Shown here: positions 38,796 through 51,580 of the stretch, piece after piece
Layout: each line of letters opens with the position of its first letter
Numbering within the stretch: the first letter of the stretch is position 1
Origin: Callorhinchus milii
Lineage: Eukaryota
Direction: 5' to 3'
NCBI RefSeq assembly: GCF_018977255.1
Contig: NW_024704743.1
Coordinates: 62,188,001 to 62,252,000, forward strand
DNA: 64,000 nt
Notes under the pieces: generated by a model
What the model was told of the DNA's origin: nothing
Database searches by the model: none
Seen by the model: only the letters and a program-made list of their open reading frames with translations
Translations under genes and position numbers: made by a program

Positions 38796-41700
38796 TTTCG
38801 GTTCCTGCTCCTACTCCAATGCTTCCTTAACACTTTCTCAAATCCAATCTTGGACTGCAGTAAAAGTCCAATTTATTTTTGTGGGAATATTGTAAAAATC
38901 CTGTTGCCAGAGCAGCGGTGTGAATTGCTTATCCTAAAGATTTTGTCCCTCTGAAAGCTCCATAATAGCTCTATTTTTGTCAGATTGCACTGTGCCCTTG
39001 ACCTCTGGATCCTCATTCCCTTACTCAATGCATCTGAAAACTGCTTATGAATTCTCATTGAAACTACTCAATGGAGTCCAATTTCCTTTTATTTAATGTT
39101 TAACACTATCCCCTCGTGAAGTATAATGCAATCATTTCAGCTAATTTATAAAAATCAGAGGCAAATCATAAAAGTACACATTGGTAAGGTCATATCAAAT
39201 GTTAATAATCCAAATAGATGTATAAATCCATAACAATTTCATATCTGGCAGAAATGTGTGAAAGATTGTTATTAAGTTAGATGTATAATAAATTAAGCAA
39301 TGTTGTAAATGTGTTTTTATAATGTACATATTTAATGTAACAAGTAAAAATGGCAGCTTATTTTCATCATATGTGTCCTTTAATTACTGGTTTACTTGGC
39401 ACTTTAGTCATTGCGTTCATTTATTTTATAGCTATGTTCATTTCAATGCAGAAAATACAAGCTAGCGATGATTACTCTAAAAGCACAGTTACTCCCAAAA
39501 CAGCCCTTACAGTGTAAATAGTTTGTATGCATTAACATCTCTACAGACAAGGCAATGCCAGCCATAGGGACTTTAGTGAAATAAAACTGTGAAACAGATG
39601 TGACATACATTGAACTTTGCAACACTCTAATAAGTGAGGGAATTCTCAACTCTTACTTGTCTGATTGACTGCAAGATAATGAGTAACATGAGAGAATAGC
39701 TGACAAAATAAATACCTAAGGAGATGTAAATGCAGTTATGACATCTATCTACATAAGGTCAAGTCCAGAACCTGGGGGAAAAGATGTACGGAAGGAGACA
39801 AACCATGCCTGCAAAGAGTATAGCCCCAACTGTGAGAGAACACATATTGCAGTAAGAGGTTTTCAATTTGATGAATTGAAAATATCTGGCAGTCCAATTG
39901 GATTCTGAGAATAAATAAAATACCAGTTTTCTTAAGGTTTTCATTGCAATCCTACATTGTTTCAACTTCAAATCAGTTCCTGGAGGAGTAAGTTCCGTTG
40001 CTTGGCGCCACACACAGCATATTTTAGATTTGGCCTTTAATTCCTGTATGTGTGCATGCATGTGTGTTCAGGGACTGGGACTAGTTCATAAATAAATATT
40101 TGAGTATTGGGATATTCCATTGACTTCTGAAGGAAGCGTCATCCAACCTTTTCGCCTTATTTTTATTCTCGAGTTAGACCGATCGATTGATTCACAAGGG
40201 CTATCTTACAGAATGCCCAGTATTTTCAGATTGAAAACTTTTACATTCAAATAATTTATTCAGATAAATCTTAAATTACATTCAACATCTTTTCAAAAAT
40301 AGAAACGTCCACTGTACCACCTAAAACCCAGGAGAATCCAACTTGACGTAGCACCCCTATTTATATCAGTTGTCTCACATGGTCCACCAAACAAAATATC
40401 TGCATATCTGGACTGTTTTGCAAAAAAAACGTTGCACCTCCAAACCTATATCCTCTTGTTCTACCATCTTTGTGCATCCTGAAGTAGTATTCTAGGTTTA
40501 CTTTTTCAATTCCATTTAAAATGTTACACACCCCTTTGGTCCTTCTGATTTGTCTTCTCGCAAGAATGAAAGCAAGGTTGCCCTATAGAAGGATATATTG
40601 CCCTATAATATATCCTGGTATTATATTAGCAACACAGCTATTTTCACTGTATAGAATGTCATGGTCATGTTCTGAGAAGAAAGAACCGAGGAAAGACAAT
40701 TGTCCTTGAAACGTGTCCACAAAACTATTGCAGATCTCAGTCCTTTTTGAAAGTGCAGTATCAGTATGAATCCTGTTGTCTGTTAAATTGCAGGATTCAA
40801 AACTCACAGAGCAACATTCTACAACATGGAAGAACATAAAGATTTATGTTACTTCAACCCAGGATTCAATTAAATAATACATTTAAATTTAAAGATTTAA
40901 TTAAATAATTCATGCTTTTTATATCGTGATTTATCATATCAAAATGCCTCATTGAAGAACTTCACAGGTAATCACTGTCAGTGCTGTTACTGTATTTTGT
41001 GCTTGCACAGTTCCATAAACAGCCTTCAAATGAATGACCAAATTATTGGTCAATACACCAATCTGAACATTGTCCAGGCATATATAATAATAATATTCTT
41101 GCATTTCACATAGTGCCTTAGCCCGTGATTGAAAAGTCTTAAAGCACTTCATGGGATTTACTGCAAAGTTTAGTGACTCTGTATTTGTAAGCAAATGTTG
41201 TGGTCAATTTGTCTTCAGCAATATCCCACAAACAGTATTTTCAAATATCGATCTAATTCCCTTTTTTAAAATAATTCACAAACTCTGCTTAAAACAGGGG
41301 CCAACATAAATAATCACAGTGATCCAAGTATTTGTTTTCAATAAATGTGGCAGTGTTACATTACTTGACAGGAGCATTGTACATATAGTATTGGCATGTG
41401 TGCTACTGCAGCCAAGACATGCAGCCATCACATTGGCAGAAAAACAAGCGTTTTTTTTTGTTTAGCTGACGTGCAGGAGCCCATCACCATGCTTAAGAGC
41501 TTCAAAATCAAGCTATTTGATTTTTGTCACATAGTAATAGAAATTCTGTCTACCTCAGAGGCACAACTTTAATTTTGACTTCATACAAATATTTTGAACC
41601 ACAACCATCACATCACGCTAGTGCCAATGACCCAAACATCTATCACTTGGACAAATGCATATTATCCTTTTTGCCCTTTCATTATTTTTAAGATAGCCTG

Positions 41701-42407
41701 ATAGCTTGCTCAGTTTGTAGTACAGTATTCTCAATCGTGAGTCAGAGGTTGTGTGTTCAAGCCCTATGTTGGAGATCACCACAGTCTTGGCCAACACTCC
41801 AATGTAATGCTGTGGGAGCGCTACATTTTTGGAAGTTTTGTCCTTTGGATTAAACCAAGTTCCTGTCTATCTATTTAGGTGAATGTTCATCTTGTGGCAC
41901 TGAAGAGAAGGATTTTTTTTCCCAGATAAAATTGGTTACTCATTTCATTCTTCTGTTTGATAATGTTAGCAAAAATGTATACATGACAATTTACATTTAT
42001 ATAGTGCCATTCATTTTGGGCAACATTTCAGTGCTTTACAGGGATGGTCTTGGAGACTGAGAGAAGGGTAGGTGACCATAGACATGTTCAAAAAGGTCTG
42101 AGGCATACACATATGCATGTGTTCCATGGTGGATTTGGGGCTGACAAACTGTTTAATGCTACTCCCAAAATTTCTGACCCTTTAAAAGCATAAAAATACC
42201 TGTCAAAAAGGCCAGTTGAGCTTTAATTTTAGTTTATTTGAATCAAACTGAAATTTTGGACCAGGGAAGGGGAACTATATTCACCATGGAATGTATATAT
42301 ATATTATATATATATTATATATATATTTACACACATCAACCAAATTCAACACTATTTTATATGTATTTTGTGTTCTGGTTGCATGTTTTGCTGGGTGTTA
42401 ATTGGAA

Positions 42408-43540
42408 GTAAGGTTCCTTTAGATCTCTGGCCCAAGGGCTACATCCGGCCTGGTGGATGATTCTATCCAACATTCCAACTCCCTCCCACTCTCTCTCACA
42501 GTGTAAAGGCTATCACTTGGATTCTTTAGATTGGACCTCAAGAACATCAAAGTTGCTGGCATGTCACAAGCTGTCCTGTAAAGGTCCGCCCACTATGCTG
42601 AAGGCAGATGCCCACCAGATAGCTGATGAGGAAACACTGAGGCTTGGGGTGACAGCTCCTGGAGTCCGAGTTCGTGAACATGCGTTTGTAAGTCCAGCGC
42701 CTGGAATCCACCGTGATTGGCCTGCAGAGAGTCAACCAGCTGCTGCTTAAACTCCGCATCTCCAACTAGTAGAACCATTGCTCAATGAGAAGGGATGTGT
42801 GCCCGAGCTGCGGACAGGAAGATGGTGACAATGCTCTCACCCATTTCATGCTGAGCCTCATTGCCCACTGGGAAGCTTGCAGGGCCAACCATCCACCTAG
42901 TGAGGGCTCAAACCCACGCTTGTCAGATGTCGAATGAGCAACTAGTGACTGTCCTTCTCAGGGGGGTGGGGGGAGGTAAAGTGGGGTCTTCTTGGAGCTG
43001 AACTGGCTCCTAGGTGATATGCCTGGCAATGGAATTTTGGAATCTCGCTAAGCCCTCTGTGGCGGTCTCTAGTCCAGTTTCTGAGCCAGGCGGGTCCGAA
43101 GTTTTACAGGGCACAGCTGATGACAGCTTGGCTCATCGGCAGGATCTGGAGGGGCAGACAAGTCACTGGGGGCAGGGAGTCATCCCACTCAGCTCCTGTT
43201 AATTCTGCAAGCCAAAGCCCTAATGGGTAAATGGGTCCTAGTCGGACAGCAATATCAATGACAAACCTGTGTGGTTTTAGCTGTTTAGACTCCAGCAATA
43301 CCCCATTGCACACTCTGGGGTCCCCAAGCCTTGGCTCTTGCCAACCTGCAACTAATCCTTTCCAGAATTATGTAAGCAGGATGTGTCCCTCCAGGGAGAG
43401 AGTGCGCATTCCATTCCAACAATCTAGTTCTGGGATTTCCATGTGTCGGTGGGATGCATGGAAATCTCAGTTTGGTTTGGATACTCTTAAGCATGGAGAT
43501 GGATTTCCGCATGTGTCAAACACATGGCTGACCAAAAAAA
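42408..43540 (+). repeat. Longest copy of an unclassified interspersed repeat ending GCTGACC-A7
   Basis: Matches segments at 4169-4245, 4440-4575, 49270-49370, 60140-60250 (+) and 19808-20450, 23400-23900, 32158-32520, 36690-36900, 41452-41510, 63111-63475 (-). Confidence 0.8.
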
Positions 43541-45491
43541 GGAGATTAACAGGAAAAAAAATTAACCAACGGCTTCTTTTAATGACTTATTCACACACTG
43601 TAATTACCTTAAGGAGCTGGTAAGTGATGTAGCGGTGCAATTTACTGTGCATCTAATTTGCTGAGTAGAGAATGAACACAAAGCTGTAAAAGGCTTGCAA
43701 AGCAGATTTTAATAGAAATGAGACATTTATATTTTATCTGCAGTTAAATATAAAGGTTGCCTGCTGTTACTCATGGAGGCAGTAACTGAATGTCAATAAA
43801 TAATAGAAGAGTGAGGAATTGGAAACCATCACAGTTTTTGAACAGTGGTTTTATTAGCTGCATGAAATGTCAATACTGTATTGAGTAGGTCACAAGTGTA
43901 GGCAATATTATTGATAGGGATTTGTACTAAATATAGGACATTCGGTGAAGAATGCAACAGTGGTACAACAACAAACAACTTGCATTTATATAGCGCCCTT
44001 CACGAAGGGTAAAGTCTCAGAGCACTTTACAAGGAGGGGGATGGACACACAGCAAGCAAGGGAGAGAGTTGATGATAACTAGTTCTGCAGTCAACATACT
44101 TTCTGCCACATACAAGCAAGCAAAACCTTTCGGAATTGAATTACAGTGAGATGAAGTATTGACATTTTTGTGGCATTTGAATAGAAACTATAAGAGAATG
44201 CAGTGATACGCAAAATTTCCAAGCGTGCATTCATCCATAAATTTTTATTGCTATTTATTGCTGCATAAACTATACAAGCATTCAGCTGAATGAAACAATA
44301 GTTCAGTAAAATGCATAATAGTAGTGCAGCATAATGAATGTACCGCTTTCTCGGTAATATATTACAAGCTACTTAAATGTGAAGGAACATGATTGCATAT
44401 AAGATTCGCTAAATTCTGGGAAGTGCTGCATAATTAAACATGAAACGTTGTTACCAATTTGCATGAGATATGTACAATACAAAGCACATTTGAGAATGTA
44501 TAAATGGCAATACAACATTAATCAGCCTTTTTTTAAAAAAATTCGACTAAATAATAACCAACAAAAGAGGGATGCTGTTACACAACTTGCCATCCAAGGT
44601 TGTGTATTGCAATTATTGTTATAACTCATGTTCTCTGCGAATTGTACATACAAGAAGATAAGAAACATGTGCTCATGCTCTGTTGTTTTTTACATTCTGC
44701 TGAATAACAATTGCCTGGACTAAACATTTAAATTGATGAGAAGACTGATGCCAAGCCAGGTCTGCAAGCACCTTGGGACATCCTCCCAATGTGAAAGGCA
44801 CTATATAAATGTAAATTTGTATTGTATTGTAAGACGTGTATTGTGTACCTCTGCCAAATACAGTTGGACACTATTGTTGCAGTGAATTGGGTTCATAAAA
44901 TCAGACTCATGGCAAACAACAACAACAGTAAGTTACATTTATATAATGCTTTTCACATTGGAAGACATCTCAAAGTCCTTCACAAGGCTGACTGGGAGCC
45001 CAAGCTGGGAGGAGGTGGGGGAAGCTGAGGAGGGTGAGAGAAGGGGAAAGATGGGTGAAAGCACAACCGAAGCGGCAATAATGGAGCTGCAGCTGATTAT
45101 TGCTTCTGGGTCGACATGTCACTGATAATACTGTTGCTGATGTCACTGATTTACACAGTCCACATATGCACAGTGAGTAAGACGTCAGTAACTGCTCCAA
45201 TGAGTGTGTCCAGCAGTCGCTGAGATATCAGGTTGCCTCTATGTGGCAGAAGCTGGAAGTGTACCGCTCTTCAGGTATACCACATGTCCACACTGTACCC
45301 ATGTACCCCTGTTGTACAAGTACCTATGGTATATCAGGCTGTGGTACAATGGGATCCGACTGTACACCACATTATATAGGTATTACTAGGGTTATGTTCT
45401 TAATCATTTGCAATTTTTTGTTGTCAGCTTTGATAAATTTGTGCTAAATCCTGTATATAAAGCCAATTTCCCATTGACTTTAACTTTTAGG

Positions 45492-45900
45492 TGTCAGCCT
45501 GGCTCAGTTGGTAGTGCGCTCATCTCTGAGTCTGAAAGTTGTGGGTTCAAACCCCACATCATGACTTTAACTAGGCTGACACTCCATAACAGTGGTGGGA
45601 GAATGTTGCATTGTTGGAAGTGCCATCCTTTGGATGAGATGTTAAACCAAAGTCCCTTCTGCATATTTAGGACATTAAAGATCCCTGTTCGAAAAAAGAG
45701 AAATAGGTTTCTCCAGGATCAACAATTCCTCAGATAAAATTCACTTCAACGCTATTTGTGGGACACTTCTGCGCACAAACTGGCAGCCACATTCGCTTAC
45801 AAATAATCCAGTTACTGCACTTTACAGTATATTCTGTGTGGCCCTTTGAGACATCCTCTTGATGTGAAAGTCATTACACCAAATGCACGGATTATTATCA
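45492..45900 (+). mobile_element. Deu-domain SINE, full length
   Basis: GTGTCAGCCTGGCTCAGTTGGTAG..GGGTTCAAACCC head, Deu core and tail. Confidence 0.9.
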
Positions 45901-48900
45901 ATTATTTGCATATCCAGATTAAAACTCCTGCACTTTAGTACCGGAAGGTCTCCTGTACACTCTTGCCTATTTTGTAGGTGTACATGCTGAGACGGTTCTA
46001 CACCCCTATATGTACACCCACAATATGGCTCGCTCCCCCTCGGAGAGCGTACTGGGTGACCTCTGTGTTCAATCCTCACTAATGAATGCAAGTCCCTATA
46101 ACAAGGTGTAACTTGACTAATGAGTTATTCTGTGATGACAGGTACAACCAATTGCTATTTAAATTAAAGCAAATTGGGAAGCTTCTGTCATCTGTCTTGT
46201 ATCCTAAACAGACTGTGACGTAGACTCTACCTGTTTGCGTATTCCCTCCTTCTTTGATTTATACAGAAAGCTCAAGAAAGCATGGTCAAGTAAACTCAAC
46301 AGAATTTTATTGTAGTTTTGATGAAATCCAAACCCTCAGTGCTAAATCTTAAATGACATGATAAATATCAACAAACATAACTATGAAATAACAAACACTA
46401 ATCACACTTAAACTGAACACGCTAGCAGCCACTTGTAATGAAGTTAATGTAAAGTGCATGAAAAAACAATCTTTGACTACTACACCTCAATAGGCAGGGC
46501 ACGTACTTTTTAATGTCACCATGTAGAAAATGGCAACCCCGAGCACATGGTGCTCATTCTTTTCTGGGCATTGAGCTCCTCCCCAAATTAGGGTCCCAAT
46601 GGTAATTGTATTGCACCAATTACTAGATCTAATTTGTGCCCTTTTCATGGTCCAATCAAAATCATCCTTTTAGTGACCCACGAGGGAAACAGTGCACCTT
46701 CCTTTCCATTTATACAAATTACAGATAATCAATTACCCGCCAAATTGTTGCGATCAACACTAGAATCAGTCTTGATGGCACTGTTAAGTATCACAAACAA
46801 CTTTAACTACACAAAATATGTATTTAAAGGGCTACTCAGACTGGCTAACGCTTTCAGTGAGCATGTAACCTTTACAGAACATATTTTAAACAATAGACAG
46901 GCATAGAAAACAAAGGGGTGACCGTAACAATGTTTTAGGCATGGCAATATGTGCTGAAGTTACATGCGTTTGGATTTTTTCCCCTCTCACTTTGCAATAT
47001 GTCATTAATAATTTCACATGCATCTATGTTCATCAACATACATCGTGTCAGTCTTAAGTTCAAAGTATCGTGCAGCACTACCTAATCATCACTTTGCGTG
47101 CTGCCTGTTTTTAGGTCCAATGCTGTCAATCTTAATCTGAAAAGCATGCTGCCTCAATGCATTTTCTTCAACTGGAAAGCATTCATTATTAAGTTCCCAT
47201 CCAATGATTGGGAAAACATTTTCCTCCATTTAAAAAATATTCAGAAGATCCAATGTGATGTGTAGCCAGGTTTTCCTTCAATATGAAATTCAGTATTTCT
47301 TCCTGATAGTTCAGTAACATTTCGCCTAAAATGTCACAATCTAGTGACTGACATCAAAAACAAGAACAGCAACAATTTGTGTTTATATAGCGCCCTTCAC
47401 CAAAGCTAGAGGTAGTAATCTTGGAGGATTTGACGCTGACCCGGGGAGAGAGCGAAGGCATGGTCAGAGAGGAAGGTCATCAGGTACCACCTGATCACTT
47501 CACAAAACTATGAAATGGAATTGAGGTTTTAGAGACATTAAAAGGTACTAACTGGTTGTGGGCTGTTGCTGACAAAAATTGGCTGTACATTTGTCCACAT
47601 AACAACTTTAATTCACTTGTATTCCCAAATTCATCTTATCTTGTGAATTGCTCTCCTTTACAACTACAACAACTTGCATTTATATAGTCCTTCACGTGGG
47701 GTAGTGTCTCAGAGCCTTAACAATGGTGGAGCTGGGGAGAAAGGAGAAATGACCATAGGCATGGTCGAATAGTAAGATCTTCAGGTGCAATCTGAAGACT
47801 TTATATGGAAAGTACTGTATAGTTATAGTTATTTTAAGTATAGTGTTAACCTCGAGAGAGGGTGGGAAAGAGGACTGTTTTACTGTTTCAAGAGTTGGAC
47901 AATTTTTCCTGCCAATGTACAGAAGGCTGGTGCTAGCCCTCACTGCAAGCTCCATGATGTGTATTATTAAAAGTGACTATTATCACCTTTATATCTAAAC
48001 AAAATGACAAACGTGATAGAGCCTTTCAGGGCTTCTGTCAGTTAAAATCCATAGAAATGGTGTGTACAGACTCCTCAGGACTGATTTCTCTTAATCCAAC
48101 CCAAACTTTTTCATTTGCCCTTGAATGTTATTTGTACGAAATCATGTACTCTATCTTCTAAATGTCAGACGTGCATGAAAGGAGGTGCAGATAAATATGT
48201 GGTTAGAAATGTGAAACAGAATGACTAATCTCCGTGCTCAAAAGGCAGAACCATTAAATAGAATGATAACATACTATTAACCCTTTATTGACTTGTGTGT
48301 GTCAAAAAGAAAGATAAAGCAATACCTATTTTCTATGAACACTTTGAAGTTTGAAAATTGGTACTTTTAACTGTCTCTGTTTTCCATATAGGAGTGTTTT
48401 TAATGCCCTCATTTATCTTTGTATTGCACCTATTGTGCAATATTGTATTGCAATGACACGACTCTCCCTGCAGTTGCTCTCAAATGGTAACCTTCACATT
48501 AAGCACAAGAAAACTGTGGTTTCTATTGAATGTTTGGATATGTGCAAAAATAAGCTACATTGTTCCGCTTGTGGATACATGGCGAAAAGTTTCAAGTTGC
48601 TGCATTACACCACAGCACATGTTGATGTGTCTATGCTTACATGTTTTTGTGCATGTGCTGCTCAGGACAACCCATGCTAAACCCTTCAAGCAATACGCTA
48701 GCGAGTGGTTATAGCAGCCAAACTGATTTATGAATAAGAATGCTTGTAACTATAGCTCATATATAATTTACTTCAACATCAGCAGGAATGTCATTTGTTT
48801 GGAGTCATGTCACACTTGTGACTTCTGACAACATGTCTGCAAGGCTAGTTGTGCGGCAGACTTTGGTGGATGTGACAAAACAGCTGTACTCACCATTTCC

Positions 48901-49039
48901 ATACATGACATACTGCATACTTGACTAAATCAGGCTTCATAGGTCATTCTATATTCGTCCTATAACTAATTTTGCCAAGACAACCGAACAGGAGATCACA
49001 GGCTCAGGCCTGTAAATAATAATAATAATAATGCAATTT

Positions 49040-49230
49040 CAGGGCCGATACCAGGAAGTATTTCTTCACTCAGAGAGTAAGTAACATCTAGAAGAGAAAG
49101 GGTGGTTGAGGTAATAATGCTGGATTCCTTTAAGAAACAGCTTGATGCTGTAATGGGAGGAAAATAGGGTGGATAATCTATAATGACAAGATGGGCCAAT
49201 TTAACTTCTCTTCTTCGATATCGTTGTGTA
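49040..49230 (+). mobile_element. CR1 3' fragment
   Basis: AGGAAGTATTTCTTCACTCAGAGAGTA (RKYFFTQRV) and 3'UTR. Confidence 0.7.
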
Positions 49231-51169
49231 TGTTTGAAACATTCCTACTCCAACACACACTCTTGGGCTCCCTAAGACTGTCTCTCACCAACCTGTGTCA
49301 AATACTCTCTGGAATTAGGCAACCAGAGTGTATCACTGGGAAGAGGGTACACATTCCATTCCAGACACAGGGAAGTCCTAAGTCGTTTCTCCTGATATCC
49401 TGGCCAACAATTCCCTAGATAAAATTGGTCATTAACTTCACGGCTGTTTGTGCTAAATTGCTGTGAGTAAATTGGCTGCCACGTTCGCCTACAAATACAC
49501 AGACTCTATACTCTTCAGTAAATCCTGTGAAGTACTATTATATATTTTGATGACATGCTAAGGTGTTATATCAAATACAAGGTTTATTTATTTTCTTCCA
49601 CACACAATATTATAGCAGCATAATTCTGCATGTGGCAAACCATCCCCTTAGGACCAGATATTTTTTTCTTGTATTGTTATTCTTTCAGTGTTAGTGAGTG
49701 AGATAATGTGAAGGGATTATTACAAGATATATTTAAATAGCTGCTACTTAACTACTTAAGGTTAACTGTAACTGGAATTATTTGTCTCTTATCATTTATC
49801 TTTTGTTCAGTCTAAAAGAAAGCAGTTCTTGTCAACAGTCTTTAAGTCATTAATGATTCAGAAGTATTGTATATACTGAGTGCATTTTGTAGGTGCTTTT
49901 ATATTTGTTGATGGCTTTTTCTTTACGTTAATGATGTGTGAGTTTTATTCCTCCGAATTTCTCTACTTTGAGATGACTCTCAGTTGTAAGAGTAATATCC
50001 CTCTGGAATGTTTAATGCAGTGCTATAGGTAAACATCCTGTTGTGTTTAACAAAATTGCCCTTCCTAAATGCCCTTTCATATGTAATAGTTGCTTAGAGC
50101 ATGGACATGAAAAGTGTGCTTGGTGAAATAAACAATCCCTTAATGTCCACGTCAGATTTATAAGTTAGACAATAGAATCTGACACAGTATCTTGCACTCC
50201 ACAAATCTGAAAGACTTATTTACTAAAGCGAAAAGGACCAACACTCCATTCCCTTCAAAATAATAAGTAGAAAAGCTTTCATTTCACAATGCTTTATCAC
50301 ATCAAAATGTCTCAAAGTGTCTCACAATTGTAGTGAGTCTTTTTGTAGGCATGAGTAGCGGCACAAACCAACCATAAGATAATTAATCTGATGGCCAATA
50401 TACATAGAGAAACTTCCTCTATTCAACTAATTTCATGGAATCTTTAGAAGGATTATCCTGTTGTTTTTAAAATTTTGTACATATATAGACTGGAACCACG
50501 AGCGTCTTCTTGGCTAAGATGGTAGCAGTTAAGCATAGTCTCAGATGACACTCCAGTGCACTACTAGAGATGTTGCCATTTGACCTCATTAGAATGAGAT
50601 TCAATTCAGGGGGATTCAAAAACCCTATTTGAAAAGAGTGAGTTTCTCTTGGTGGCCTAGCCAACTACCCACCAGGTAAACTGGTCATTCACTTCATGGC
50701 TGTTTATGAGACATTGGTGGATATAAATTGGCTACTCTGTTTGTTCTCAGATACAGTTAGACATTCACCTATAAATATACATGTCACTACACTTTACAGT
50801 AATTCCTGTGAAGCACGCTGAGGCATCTCGACGATATAAGGTGCAATATCGAATGCAAGGATTATTTATTATAACACATTTCTTTATAATGTGAATTTGG
50901 TTATAATGTGATGGCAGCATGGACTCCATTTGCTGCACAAAAAATTGAGTGACCTCCAGGTCATTAGGCTACCATTGATGTCACTTCCTGCTTACTGCAC
51001 ATATGCAAACACTTCTCAATGAAAATCAGAGTAAGGAACATTTTTTTGCAATGTCAACTAAAAGACAAACAATTCTAAAGATCCAAGCATACAACTGTGG
51101 ATTGTGGGATTTCAGAAGAAAATAGTTCAATGATATCAATGATTTACAGCCAAACCTCTGCAAGTCAGT

Positions 51170-51580
51170 GTGTCATTCTCGCTCAGTTGGTAGCACTCTG
51201 AGTCAGAAGGTTGTGGATTCAAGTCCCACGTTAGGACTTTGAATGCACAGTCTAGGCTGAGACTGCAATGCAGTGCAGGTGTCATTCTTCATATGAGACG
51301 TTAAACTAAAGTCCCATCTGCCTGTTCAGGTGGACGCTAAGGATCCTATGGTACTATTCGAAAAGAGAAGGGTGCTTCTCCCAGTGTCTTGGCCAACAAT
51401 CCCCCAAATACACTTCCTGGACTTCATAGATTTTCGTGGGACTTTGCTATACAAAAATTGGTTGCTGCATTCACCTACAAAATGCACAGTCAAGACACTT
51501 TACAGTAAATCCTTTGATGTGTTTTGAGACGTCTTCCTGGTGTAAAAGGCGATATATCAAATGTAAGGATTATTTTTATC
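51170..51580 (+). mobile_element. Deu-domain SINE, full length
   Basis: Head, core and tail. More decayed copies lie at 41700-41960 and 50500-50870. Confidence 0.9.

Noticed and set aside
48351..48680. ORF with an Ig-like LLSNGNLHI string
   Set aside because: The rest is not Ig-like and there is no convincing splice donor.
50870..50930. Possible Tigger-like end (TTATAATGTGAATTTGGTTATAATGTG)
   Set aside because: No partner TIR found.
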